A DNA stretch of 64,000 bases from Raja brachyura. Lineage: Eukaryota. How positions within the stretch are numbered: the stretch's first letter is position 1; every line of letters begins with the position of its first letter. The stretch covers positions 96,782,001 through 96,846,000 of the forward strand of contig OY740782.1 in assembly GCA_963514005.1 (NCBI GenBank). The letters are read 5' to 3'. The notes beneath the pieces are model-generated. The model saw nothing but the letters and a program-made list of their open reading frames with translations. It did no database searches and was not told where the DNA came from. A program made the translations under genes and the position numbers. Shown here piece after piece: positions 24,228 to 36,990 of this stretch.

Positions 24228-24790
24228 TACTTAATGAGTTTGTTGGGGAGTGGTTGCTAAGCTGTGGCATTTGTTTTTCTCTGTGTCTATAGATATAAGC
24301 AGACCTTGAACAATGAATACAGTATTAAGTAGAAGAGGCCATCAATAACTATTCTAAAAATAGTTCAGTTCCGTGCAAGTTGAAAGCTGATCGGGCTTTT
24401 AATTCTCAAGGAACACTCTCTGCATTGGTTTGAGTCACATATTTCAATAAATTATGTTGAAATTAATCCCTCAGATTTGCATGTGGTGCAATTAAAAAAT
24501 AATTTCCTGATCTTACACAAGGGATTATAACCCTTGACAATATTGTCCCTTATATTTTGTAGGCATAGCCGAGTGGCAGAGCGGAAACAGAAAGAGGCGA
24601 GATGAAAAACACATAAGGCCTTCCTCCAGATGAAATTCCTGTGGCAACTTTAACTCTTTTGTATTATTATTATTACTGACTGAAAGAAATTGGAAAGAGA
24701 CACAAAATACTGGAGTAACTCAGGGGTCAGGCAGCTTCTCTGGAGAAAAGGAATAGACCCTTCTTCAGAAATTAGAAACCCCATTGATTT

Positions 24791-25236
24791 AAGGGCCTGT
24801 CCCATTTGGCTGTCTTTCGCGCGCCATTTACGCGCCCTGCTAGCGTGTGGGTAGTGCATGGGTAGCGTGTGGGTAGCGCGGGGACGGGCGCATGGAGTGG
24901 TGTGGAGGAGTGTGGACTTCAACCTGCACGAAATCTTCACGCGCCACCGACCTGTCGCGTAACTGATGGCCAAAGTGGGACAGGCCCAAGACCCTGGCGC
25001 GACGCAATGTCTCACCTCCAACAGAAGCAGAAGCAGGCAAACGATCGTCGAACTCAGCCTGGGGCTCACGGCCATTGCAGATCCGGCCCTATCCTACTCC
25101 CAGAGTGGGGCCAAGAAGATTGAAGATAGACACAAAATGCAGGAGTAACTCAGCGGGACCGACAATATCTCTGGAGAGAAGGAATGGGTGACTTTTCGGG
25201 TCAAGACCATTCTTTCAGGCTGAAGACAGGCCCTTT
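24791..25236. mobile_element. Related MITE with GGGCCTGTCCCA termini, carrying a Penelope-terminus unit
   Basis: AAGGGCCTGTCCCA at 24791, TGGGACAGGCCC near 24976-24987, GACAGGCCCTT near 25225-25235. Confidence 0.6.
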
Positions 25237-26989
25237 ACTTTTCATTCCTGAGTTTATTCCTCATGGACAAAATCATGCAGAAATTTTATTCAAGTTGGAG
25301 CAGACCTTCCACTCAGGTTCTGGCAGACATTACCTGCATTTCTTGCAGATTAACTAAATGCAGTTTTGCCACAGGTTTGAACCAGCAGCGATATTGTCCA
25401 CACTGGTGTCTGAGCTGCACTGGGGCAGTTTGCCTCTGCCACATCAACACCCCTGCTCTCAGCTCTGTAACCTGCTCGCTGAGCTTGTACCAGGGAAATC
25501 CAGACACAATCAGGCATCTTTGAAAGAGAATTGCTGCCAGACGAACAATAATTTGATTTAGTTCACTTAAATTAAACACATGTAATTGTGTAAGTGAACA
25601 TCAGGGCAGAAAGAACCTAAGAATAGGAGCTGATGCAGTTCTAGGGCTTGACTCCCTAATCAATAAAATCATCGGCAACAGGGTCACAGCTTCACTTGCA
25701 TTTTCATGTCAGTTTCCTGTAACGCCCAATTGTCTGATATTTTTAATGTAATTGTTTTCAATTTTGTAAAATTATGCCATGTTTTTTAAAATGTTTTAAA
25801 GTTCCCTGGTGTTTCGAAATAACTGTGTAGATCAGATGGGGCCAATTTCTGTGATTCAATGATACTATCATCGGTTTAATGATACTTTTCTATCAGATGT
25901 ACAGTACCTAGGTACAGTTCTTTGTTTTTTCGTACAAGCACAGTCGCAAAAGTAATTATTGGAGTCTCGATGGTCCCTCATTGTTCTTGGCGCCCCCCCC
26001 CCCCCCCCACCCCACCTCATCCGGTTTGCCAGCAAGACGTCCCGCTCTTCTCTGGTCCTTCAGCCATTGTGCTCGGGGGGGGGGGGGGGGCACCTCCGGC
26101 AGCTGATCTCGAAGACCCCCCCTGCTTCTCCTCCTCCCAGCCCTTTATCCAGCGTCCACTGGTCCGTTGGTTAGCCTTGGTGACAAACTATCCTGGGATG
26201 TCAGCTAGCCCAACGTAATGAGAAGGGCCAAGTACAAGGCTGGACTTATGGACTCAGCTGATTCACTGAGATTAATCTACCAGTGGAAGACAGCATCCTG
26301 GACCACCCATGGTCCAGAGGCAAAAGTCTGAATTCAGCAGAACACTAAGTTTGAGAAATATTGATTAACTTCCTCTATCCTTTTCACGCACCCAAGAGCA
26401 AGCTGAACTGTTTGGTTAAAGCCTGCTTTAGTGTGAACTGGCCATGCAAATCATGACGTTTGGGAGTAAACATGAGATGTGAATTATGTATTATCTGCTG
26501 ACCAACAACAATGCACATGCCCAGTGGTTTCCATTTGTTTGCCAGTCACACGCACAGTGAACCGGGATTAAATATATCCAAAGTGTTGCAATTGCGCAAT
26601 ATATCTAACTGCATTCAACAATCTGACTTTGGAGAAAACTCATTAATGTGGCATTTAATAATGATGCTCTATGCAAGAGGACACCCATGACTACGAATTT
26701 TGATTTAATCAAAAATTGTCAGTCTTGATAGAAAAATGTCTCACATCTGTCAGCATCACGATACTTTTTGTGTTATTGTATAACTGAAGCACTTACAAAT
26801 ATATTCACTTCAGTGATGAGAAAATGTTGAAAGCCAATTTTTTTGTAAAGAAATGATGTGAGAATGTTATCATTATTGCTTAACGGAGTTTGTTCACCAT
26901 TAAGAAAGTTTTGAATTTGGGTAATAGTATAAAGCAGATGCTGTGTAACATTGCTCATATATATTTTCATTACCACATCTAAAAGTCTT

Positions 26990-28172
26990 ACAGCAAGTAA
27001 CTCACTTCCTACCTTACCAAAGCCTGTCCACCACCTCGAAGGCTCAAGTTAGGAGTGTGTTGAAACTCTTTCCACTTTTCTGGATGAGTGCAGCTTCAAC
27101 AAGCTGCACTTCAATAATATGGTAAAGGACATAATAACTTGCTTGATTGGCACTCCATCCAGCAGAATTCATTCAGTCCACCACAGCAATTCAACAGCTT
27201 TTAACCATCTACAGGATGCAATGTAACCACTGATTCAAGATGGTGGTGGCAGCAGATGTAGGGAAACAAATGGTGAGCGGATCAAATTGAATTTAATACT
27301 TTATAGTCATCTGTGACAAGTCAGTGAAATTCTTTGCTTGCATACCAAAGGTATGCAAATAGTTACCACGTAAGGGGCGCTTACCTCCGATCTGGATGCT
27401 ACGAGGTCGGCTGTGGGGGTGGCCACCAGGGCACGAAGACTGAATGGTGGCTGGGTGAGGCGAAAACAACAGTTCACTTATTGATGTGCCCAGATTGAGG
27501 CATCAGTGGAGTGGGCCACTGGAAGCTCTGCAGCATCCTGTGGCTCGATTGGAGCAGGCGCCTCTCCAATTGACAGAGCACGTGGATCGGTCAAGGCATG
27601 CACTACCATAGAGTGATGGAGGACACCAAGAACTTTGCTTGGCCAGGCCAACTCTGCAATGCAACAGAACAGTGGGTCTGTATGGCCAAGTTAAGAACTC
27701 ACCCTCTATAACAACTTGGACGAATCATGAAAAATGGCATAACAACTCTTGTGCAATGTCTCAGTACACTATTCATGTACACTTAGACTTAACTAAGATT
27801 GTGCTTATATATAGTAATACTTTTACTGAAGTGTATGTAAAGAAGGAATTTCACTGTATCTTGGTACATGTGCCAATAAAGTACCACTGACCAACTCACC
27901 AAGACTCCTTAGACAGCACCTTGCTAACATTTGACCTCTACAAGTTAGAGAGACAATGCAGCAAAAGCTGGGTCACCATCAACTGGAAGTTACCCTCCAA
28001 CCTACACACACCATCCTGACTTAGAAATATATTGTCAAACCTTCACTGTTGCTGTTCTAATATCCTGGAACTCCTTCCCTGACAATGTTGTGGGCACACC
28101 CAGACCTCAAGGCTGCAGAGGTTCAAATGGACAGCTCTCACCACCTTCTCAAGGGCAATTAGGGATGGGCAA
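26990..28172 (+). mobile_element. Old LINE (L2/CR1 group) 3' end, interrupted by an insertion at about 27230-27890
   Basis: CACACCATCCTGACTT...TCCTGGAACTCC...CACCACCTTCTCAAGGGCAATTAGGGATGGGCAA, typical of a chondrichthyan LINE tail as recalled. Confidence 0.5.
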
Positions 28173-28611
28173 CTAAAGAGTCTGAAGAAGGGTCCCAATC
28201 CAATGCATGCATGTCTTCCAGAGATGCTATCTGACCAGCTAGGTTAATCCAGCACCTGGTGTCTTTATTTTGTAAACCAGCATCTGCAGTTCCTCGTGTG
28301 GGCAATTAAATGCTCGCTCAATAAAAAAAAAAAATGGTCCACAGTAATAGGTTGTTTTGCTTCAGGAAGAAAAAGGATTGGCAGATGTGTACCATTATCT
28401 ATTGAATCAGTATTGCCAATTTGCATGATTGCACAGTCAAGCTCTAAATTGAACAAAATTAGTGTACAAAATTGAAAGAAACGCAAGCTGAGTTTTCCAG
28501 AACCATGTAACTAAAATATAATGTCATCGGTCTCATAAGAAACCAAACCCACCAGGTATATTACTGTGATAAGGATTAAAATATCATGAAAGATACTTGT
28601 GGAAATACTTA

Positions 28612-29510
28612 GTTTAGTTTTAGTATAGTTTATTGTCATGTGTACTGAGGTACAGTGAAAAGTTTTTGGTGCATGCTAACCAGACAGTGGAAAGACTATA
28701 CATGATTAAAATCAAGCTGTCCACAGTGTACAGATACAGGATAAAGGGAATAATGTTTAGTGCAAGATAAAATCTGATTAAAGATAGTCCAAAGGTTACC
28801 AATGAGGTAGATAGTAGTTCAGGACTGCTCTCTAGTTGTGGTAAGATGGTTATCAGTTGCCTGATAACAGATGGGAAGGAACTGTCCCTGAATCTGGAGA
28901 TGTGCATTTTCACAATTCTATATATTTGCCTGACAGGAGAGGAGAGAAGAGGGCATGGCTAGGCATAACGATTTGTTATGAGTTATGCGACTTGATTATG
29001 TTGGTGGCCTTGCCGAGGCAGTGCGAAGTGTAGATGGAGTCAATGGAAGGTTGGGTGGTTTCGTTGATGGTCTGGGCACAATTCTCTGCTATTTCTTACA
29101 GTCTTGGATGGAGCTGTTCCTAAACCATGCTGTGATGCATCCTGATAAAATGCTTTCTGCAGCGCATCTGTAGAAGTTGATGAGAGGCGTTGAGGACATA
29201 CTGAACTTCCTTAGCCTTCTAAGGAAGTCGAGGCGTCGGTGTGCTTTTGCTTTGGCCATTGCTTTGATGTGGCTGGTATAGGACAAGATACTGCTGATAT
29301 TTACTCCTAGGAACTTGAAGCTTTCAACCATCTCTACTTCGACACCGTCAATGCTAACTGGGATATGTGTACCATCTCACTATCTCTTTTATCCCACTGA
29401 CAATGAGAGAAAGGTTGTTGTCTCGACATCAGATTATGAGGCTCTAAATCTCATTCCTGTGCTCTGTCTCATCATTATTTAATATCTGGACCCCTATGGT
29501 GATGTTGTCC
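28612..29510 (-). mobile_element. Rex1/Babar-type LINE 3' fragment
   Basis: VESFKFLGVNIS...FLRRLRKF...YRCAAESILSGCITAWF, with (AAACT)n tail. Confidence 0.8.
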
Positions 29511-29537
29511 ATGTATTTGGATTAACCTACATTTAAT

Positions 29538-29597
29538 TTATGGTACGACAGAGATATTTTGTATCCTGCTGGATTGTCTGTTCTGCAGCTCTTGCTC
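29538..29597 (-). CDS. Candidate terminal exon of the C7orf78-like gene
   Basis: Strong acceptor TTTTCTTTCACAG| then EQELQNRQSSRIQNISVVP*. In phase 0 with donor AAG|GTGGGT at 34827. Confidence 0.45.
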   Translation of the reverse strand, partial: EQELQNRQSSRIQNISVVP

Positions 29598-30619
29598 CTG
29601 TGAAAGAAAAGAACATCACAAATTGTCTTTGACATCACAGCAGAGCAAAGCACTAAATGACAAGTTGTCAGGCCTAATCTTCTTGCCTTTTTTCCCCATA
29701 AATCATTATTCTTTATTCTGGCAGAATTGGACTGGTGTTTACCATAGCATTTCCAGATAGGATGTTTGCCAAAATAAGCAAAGCCAAAATCAGACGGTGT
29801 GAAGAGTTTGGAGTGGAACAGTATCTTCTCTTCTTGATTTCTACAAATGTTGAAGATGTTTAACTCACATCACTGCCAATGAGTCTTGGGAATGCAAAGA
29901 CCTCCATGTGATTATTATATTTTTCTCTACCTAGACAGATTTTTAAGGGAATATTGGTAGACTTTAGATAAGTGGTTCTTAACCTGGGGGTCGTTTGGGG
30001 CTTGCCGGGGGTCATGAAATGGACACAAATAACATATCAATTTGTTGACCCCATGTTTAGGAACATAACAAAGGTACATACCACATATAGTATTTTGTTC
30101 GCGTATGCGCGTACAGGTGCCATAAAGATTAAGAACCACTGCTTTAGATGCTGATGTCCATGGCTGAGATTTGTTCCATTGAAACAAGACTAATTAAGTT
30201 ATTGAGTCTGCTCAACAATTACAGGAGTAAATCATGCCAAGGTGCTTCATGGGAAGCAAATACAATTTAATATCGACCATTTAAAGAAATAGTAGACCAG
30301 ATGACCAAAACATTTATTGGTAGGGTAGATTTTAAGAATTGTCATAAAAAAGGCAGAGGTGGTCAGGAATAGTATTTAGGAAAGCAATTTTCTCATGAAA
30401 TAGCATTCAGTAGAATATTAGGTTGATCTTGAGACAAGAATTGGAAGCAGATGTCATTGAAACTTGTAGGATAGAGATGGGGAGGGGTGAAGTAAAAATA
30501 ATTGGCTAAAGTAAAAATAAAGATGAGAAAATTGAGATCACACTGTTTTGAAACATTGCAATTTGAATCAGCTAGCTTAGGAGTGATAGACAACCAAGAT
30601 TGAATGCTTGTTGCAACAG

Positions 30620-31357
30620 AGATAACTATTTTCGCCACCTCCAACGTGATCCCACCACTCACCACATCTTCCCATCTCCCCCCGTCTGCCTTCCGCAAAG
30701 ACCGCTCCCTCTGCAACTCCCTTGTCAATTCTACCCTTCCCTCCCACTCCACCCCTTCCCCGGCACGTTCCCTTGCAACCGCAAGAGATGCTACACAAGT
30801 CCCTTTACCTCCCCCCTCCACTCCTTTCAGGGACCCAAGCAGTCCTTCCAGGTCTGACAGAGGTTCACCTGCACCTCCTCCAACCTCATCTACTGCATCC
30901 GCTGCTCTAGATGCCAGCTGATCTATATCGGTGAGAGCTTGGCGATCGTTTAGCCGAACACCTCCGCTCGGTCCGCAATAACCAACCTGACCTCCCGGTG
31001 GCTCAGCACTTCAACTCCCCGTCTCATTCCGTACCTGACCTCTCTGTCCTGGGCCTCCTCCACGGCCAGAGTGAGCAACACCGCAAATTGGAGGAACAGC
31101 ACCTCATATTCCGCTTGGGGAGTCTGCATCCTCTGGGCTTGAACGTTGAATTTTCTCAATTCTGTTAACCCTTGCTGTCTCCTCCCCTTCCCACTTCTCC
31201 CCCAGCCCTAGGGCTCCTCCTCCTGCTTTTTTCTTTCTTCTCCCCCCCCCTTCCTCCCATCAGTCTGAAGAAGGGTTTCGGCCCGAAATGTTGCCCATCT
31301 CCTTCGCTCCTTAGATGTTGCTGCACCTGCTGAGTTCCTCCAGCCTTTTGTGTACCA
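30620..31357 (+). mobile_element. Penelope-like element GIY-YIG fragment plus terminal repeat
   Basis: Highly similar to the reverse complement of 5800-6540 (RFTCTSSNLIYCIRCSRCQLIYIGE). Confidence 0.88.
31261..31295 (+). ncRNA. Minimal type-I hammerhead ribozyme motif (Penelope terminus)
   Basis: CAGU-CUGAAGA-A-GGGU(UUCG)GCCC-GAAA-U-GUU. Core intact with a 4-bp stem II. Confidence 0.65.
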
Positions 31358-31897
31358 ACTATTTACCAATGCTAGATTGAGAGAAGTGTGAAGAGTGCAG
31401 TGGAAATAGTAAATGTAAAGAATATAATGTAGATGAAGATTTCAGTAGAAATGGAGATGGTGGGAGATAAGAATCTGATAATTTTACCAAACAGAAATAA
31501 ACAATATTGTAGTTTAGTTTAGTTATACAGCACTGACATTTACTGGAGCAACAAGCAACCTGCCAAAGGAAAGCTGGTTGAGCAGCATCTCAGGGTGGAA
31601 ATAAATTACTGACATTTTTCAGGATGAAACCTGCATCAAGAAAGAATATTATTGTAGGGACTGGATGACGGAGGAAGTTTGTCTTCGGTCAAATATGACC
31701 CCAAGGCTGCAAACAAATTGGTTCACATTTAGACCATTACCAGTAAGAGGGATATAATCAATAGTGGAATGAAGTTTCTAATGGAAGCTGAAGGCCATGA
31801 CTTTAGTTTTCCCATTATTAATTTGGAGGTAATGTCTGCTTTTTATTGCACTGAATATTGAACATTGAACATAGAGAACATGAAAGTGGCAGTGAGA

Positions 31898-32400
31898 TGG
31901 AAACATAGAAAATAGGTGCAGGAGTAGGCCATTTGGCCCTTCGAGCCTGCACCGCCATTCAATATGATCATGGCTGATCATCCAACTCAGTATCCTGTAT
32001 CTGCCTTCTCTCCATACCCCCTGATCTCTTTAGCCACAAGGGCCACATCTAATTCCCTCTTAAATACAGCCAATAAACAGGCCTCAACTACCGACTGTGG
32101 CAGAGAATTCCAGAGACTCACCACTCTCTGTGTGAAAATAAAATTCTCATCTCGGTCCTAAAAGACTTCCCCCTTATCCTTAACTGGGACCCCTTGTTCT
32201 GGACTTCCCCAACATCGGGAACAATCTTCCTGCATCTAGCCTGTCCAACCCCTTATGAATTTTGTAAGTTTCTATAAGATCCTCCCTCAATCTTCTAAAT
32301 TCTAGCGAGTACAAGCCGAGTCTATCCAGTCTTTCTTCATATGAAAGTCCTGCCATCCCAGGAATCAGTCTGGTGAACCTTCTCTTACTCCCTCTATAGC
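31898..32400 (-). mobile_element. CR1 3' fragment
   Basis: RRFTRLIPGMAGLSYEERL and CR1 3'UTR. Confidence 0.88.
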
Positions 32401-34379
32401 AAGAATTATAGTCAGGTGTCAGGCAATCAAAGCAGATGAGATACACATACATAGATACAATGAAGTCAAACGCGTACAATAGGTGGAGCAGATAGGAAGA
32501 TACAGAGTGCAGAATATAGTTCTCAGCATTGTAGCGCATCAGTTCCAGAGACAAAGTCCAATGTCCGTAATGGGGCAGAGGTGAATTGGACCATGCCCAC
32601 CAGGTGGCTCCGTACCTGGCAGCCTCGCCAACAGCCTGTCTCGTCCCTTTCTTCGTATGTTGTTTTTAGTCTGTGTTTACTTGTATGTTTTAGTGTATCT
32701 TTACTTTTTGTATTGTGTGTGGGTGTGGGGGGGGGGGGGGGGGGGTTGGGTGAAACCTTTTTTATCTCTTTCGCCGACGGAGATGTGACCTTATTCGTGT
32801 CGTATCTCCGTCCGCACTACGGCCTTAACATCGTGGAGCTGGTGGTACCTTTGTTAGAGATCGACTTTGGGAGCTCCAACCGCAGGAGCTTAGACTGCCC
32901 GGATTACGGGAGCTTCGATCGCCCCGATCACGGCAACCTCGACCGCCCTGATCACGGAAGCTTTTCTCCCGCGGGTACGACCGCCCCGACCGCGGGAGAA
33001 AAGGAGGAAGAAGGTACAAGTTATTCACCTTCCATCACAGCGGGGAATGTGAGGTAGTCGAAAAACAAGATGGACGTGCAGCCTGCGCTGGTGGGGACTG
33101 CGAGGGAGTGCAGTGATCTCGGTGTTTGCAGGGACATGGCACCATGAGGACATCCCGGAGTCTGGTGTGAGTGCGGACGGCTTTCTGACTGTTCGGGCGG
33201 ACGGGGACTGCAGAGAGAGCGACAGCGGTCGGTACAACTCTGGTCACATCGTGGTGAAGCATCACATCGCATGGAGCTGAGAGCCAGAATGGAAACTGAT
33301 GACGTGGCTTTAAATATAAATGAGAAATGGAAGCATGATAGGTTTATTTCCTTGTAAAGACTGAGGGCAGGAAGAAAAGCTATTGTGGGTGATTCTCAGC
33401 CCACGTTAACCCGCATCCAGTGGAGTTGTCGTCTCACCCAGCGGAATGATGTGGAGAGGCTTGGTGACGGCTGTTGGGGTCAAACCTGCCAAAAGCTGCA
33501 AATAGATCTGATATTTATGGCAGTCTCTCCTTTATTGCAGTCATTAGGGACCTCGTTTGTGACTTTGCAAAGAGCGGATTCGTGGCAGGTGAACAAAGCT
33601 GACTGCATTCAAACAAGGATTTCTAGCACATTTCTGGGAGAGATACAAGCCATTTGTCTAATGCATGTGCTATTTTCCTATTCCCCATCATAGTTTTCCA
33701 TATGTTTTCCTCTCTTGCTTTTCATTCTGCAATGTTTGCTATTGATTACGTTACATCATATGTTCTCATGACATTTTCTGCCTTGCTCCAGCCAAGCAGC
33801 TCACACCTGTTTAATTGCTGCACGTTTCTGTGGTATTTCAGGGAATATTACTATTGACATTTCTGTTTCAATTTCATGTTAGCTTTTCAAAGGCTCTCAT
33901 GAAAAATTGGTTCTTAGTTCTAACTATGTCATCAGCTCTTATAAGTAATCCATGCCCTTCTCCATGATCTTGAGACCTGGGCTACAACAACAAGATAGGA
34001 AAGGTTCAAGTGATGTTATCTCCACAAAATCCTTCAAATTCACAGGAAGGATGAGGTCACTATTGTGCTTTTCTAAGCCAGGAGCTCCAGCTATGGAGCC
34101 TCTGTTGCACATAGTTGGCAACATTAGATGGGCCATGTCATCCATTCCCGGGAATTAACCTTGTGAATATATGCTGCACTCCCTCAATAGCAAGAATGTG
34201 CTTCCTCAAATTTTGAGACTAAAACTGCAGACTATACTCCAGGTGTGGTCTCACTAGGCCCCTGTACAACTGCAGAAAGACCACTTTGCTCCTAGACTCA
34301 ACTCCTCGTGTTATGAAGGCCACCGTGCCATTTACTTTCTTCACTGGCTGCTGTACCTGCATGCCTACTGTCATTGACT

Positions 34380-34636
34380 ATAGCGCCAGAGACCCGGGTT
34401 CGATCTCGACTACGAGTGCTTGTCTGTACGGAGTTTGTATGTTCTCCCCGTGACCTGTGTTGGTTTTCCCGAAGGTTGGACTTAAAGGTTTGTTGGTTAA
34501 TTGGCTTGGTTATACATGTAAAATTGCCCCTAGTGTGCGCAGGGTAGTGTTAATGTGCGGGGATCGCTGGTTGGTGCGGACTCAGCAGGCCAACGAGCCG
34601 GTTTCCACGCTGTATCTCTAAACTAAAACTAAACTA
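34380..34636 (+). mobile_element. HE1/V-type SINE
   Basis: GACCCGGGTTCGATC B-box and (AAACT)n tail. Confidence 0.8.
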
Positions 34637-34763
34637 GATAACCCAAAAAAAACAACATAATGTTCCTCCTCCTTTTCCAAGTTCTTATCAATTAACATGG
34701 AAATGTTTACCCATGTGCCTTGAGGATAAATTACATCTGATTAACATAGTTTCTTTTGACTAA

Positions 34764-34904
34764 CTATGAAGTAATGTTATTTGAACATTTAAAATTACAT
34801 TTGGGATATTCCTGTTCTTCACCCACCTTTTCCCAAAGCTTTGTAACTTTTTCTTCTACCCGGTCCATGAAGGCACTGTAGGCATCCCGAGACCTTCTAT
34901 GCCT
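34764..34904 (-). CDS. C7orf78: C7orf78-like coding exon 4. Either ends at donor 34827 or reads through to TAG at 34764-34766.
   Basis: TTACAG| then RHRRSRDAYSAFMDRVEEKVTKLWEK, matching the recalled RHRR.RDAYSAFMDRVEEK motif. Follows a 91-nt GT-AG intron. Confidence 0.85.
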   Translation of the reverse strand, partial: RHRRSRDAYSAFMDRVEEKVTKLWEKVGEEQEYPKCNFKCSNNITS

Positions 34905-34995
34905 CTGTAATGTATTAAAACATTATCAGATTTAGGCACAATGCGATTTACATTCAACTCGCAAATGTCAGGAATGAGTTGATAAATGCACTGAC

Positions 34996-35138
34996 CGTGT
35001 AGGAAGCTGGTCTGGGTGGCCAATGCTCTTTCGTCAGAATGAGTTGAGAATCCCACTTGAGCTCTTCAGGTTTATAAGTATCGAAAATCTGAGCACTTAA
35101 ACCATTTTTTTGCTCAACCTTTGAGAGAGGTTCATGAA
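34996..35138 (-). CDS. C7orf78: C7orf78-like coding exon 3 (143 nt)
   Basis: TTATTTTATTAG| then (V)HEPLSKVEQKNGLSAQIFDTYKPEELKWDSQLILTKEHWPPRPASYT |GTCAGT. Contains the family-like WDS.LIL.K..WP...ASYT motif. Confidence 0.85.
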
Positions 35139-35699
35139 CTAATAAAATAAATTAAACATGATTGTGTTAACGTGTAAACTCTCTGTGATCAGATTGGTCA
35201 ATTGCATTAAATTGTATTCCCTTATCATGTATCTTTTCATTGTATTGGCTTGATTGTAATCGTGTATTGTCTTTCTGCTTACTGAATAGCACGCAACAAA
35301 GCTTTTCACTGTACCTCAGTACACGTGACAATAAACTAAATGGAACTAAACAGATCTCCCACTACATTGCTTTCGGGACATCTGTATCAGCTGACTGTTC
35401 TTTGAGGAATCCATCAAGCAGCAGCTGAAGCTGAACATTCAAATGGAGGAAGAGAAATGTCAATGATTACAGCAGTTTGAGGAGAGGCAGGACAGGGCTG
35501 GGCAGGCCAGGCAGGCTGGGGTGAGGCAGGGCCTTTTCCCTCCAAACCTTTCCTAGCCACGTACCTAGCTTTGTGTCTTTTAACTTGCGTAATGGTATCT
35601 GCCTCCACCACTCCAATTAGCAGCTCATTCCACACGTGCACGACGCTCAGTATAAAAACAATTGCCCCTCAGGTCAATTTCAATTCAATCCCTATCACT

Positions 35700-36020
35700 T
35701 GGGCGGTCACAGTGTGTGCAGCGGTAGAGTTGCTGCCTTGCAGCGAATGCAGCGCCAGAGACCCGGGTTCAACCCCGACTACGGGTGCTGTCTGTATGGA
35801 GATTGTACGTTCTCCTCGTGGCTTGCGTGAGTTTTCTCCAAGATCTTCGGTTTCCACCCACACTCCAAAGACGTACAGGTTTGTAGGTTAGTTGGCTTGG
35901 TAAATGTGACAATTGTCCCTTGTGGGTGTAGGATAGTGTTAATGTGCGGGGATCGCTGGTTGGTGCGGACCTGATGGGCCGAAGGTCCTGTTTCTGCGCT
36001 GTATCTAAACTAAACTTTAA
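35700..36020 (+). mobile_element. tRNA-derived HE1/V-SINE-type SINE, near complete
   Basis: A-box-like GCAGCGGTAGAG, B-box GGTTCAACCCC, V-domain-like body, CR1-like tail GGGCCGAAGG..CTG...GCTGTATCTAAACTAAA. Confidence 0.85.
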
Positions 36021-36747
36021 ACTGTGTTCTCTAATTTTACTCACACAAACCTTGGGGAAAAGACTGTGGCTATTCATCTTATTTATGCCCCTTATGATGT
36101 TATAAACCTCCAGAAGGTTAACCCTCAGTCATCTACGCAAATCTCTTTTGCACCATTTTCAGTTTAATGACTTCCTTCCGTGTGAATGGCAACCATAACT
36201 GTACACAGTAATCCATTGTGGTCTTACCAATGTCTCATGCAACTGTAACATGATGGCCCAACTCATGTACTCAATACCTGAACGAAGGAAGGCAAGCGTA
36301 ACAAAGAAACGCCTTCTTCGCCATCTGTCTAACTGTGCCACTATATTAATGGAACTTTTAATCTGTAATCTACAGCTTTCAGTTCTACAACACTCCCCCA
36401 AGCCTCTTCCATTAACTCTACAAGTACCGGCCTAGTTTATCCAGTTGAAGTGCAACCCCTTGCATTTATCTGAATTAAATGCCATCTGCCATTCCTTGGA
36501 CCATTGGCCCAATCAATCAAAATCCATCATAATCATAAATAATCTTCCTCATTGTCCACTGTACCACCAATTTCAGTGTCATCCGCAGACTTACTAAACA
36601 CGCCACCTACATGCACAGCCACAATGTGAATATATAATGAACATTTATAGACCCAACATTGATCCCTGTGGTACACACCTTACAGGCCTACAGTCTGAAA
36701 TCACCACCCTCTGTTTCCTACCTTCACGCCAATGTTGTTTCCAATTG

Positions 36748-36990
36748 GAGATAGACACAAAAAGCTGGAGTAACTCAGAGGGACAGGCAGCATCACTGGA
36801 GAGAAGGAATGGGTGACGTTTTGGGTCGAGATCCTTCTTCAGACTGAAAGTCACGGGAAAGAGAAACATTTCGAAAACCCGAAACATCACACATTCCTTC
36901 TCTCCAAAGATGCTGCGTGTCCTGCTGAGTTACTCCAGCTTTTTGTGTCTATCTTCGGTTTATACCAGCATCTGCAGTTTCTTCCTACAC
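36748..36990. repeat. Head-to-head inverted pair of Penelope-terminus units inside a CR1 fragment
   Basis: GATAGACACAAAAAGCTGGAGTAACTCAG...CTGAGTTACTCCAGCTTTTTGTGTCTATC. Confidence 0.85.

Noticed and set aside
35700-35790. tRNA gene
   Set aside because: A/B boxes belong to a SINE head followed by SINE body and tail. No complete cloverleaf.
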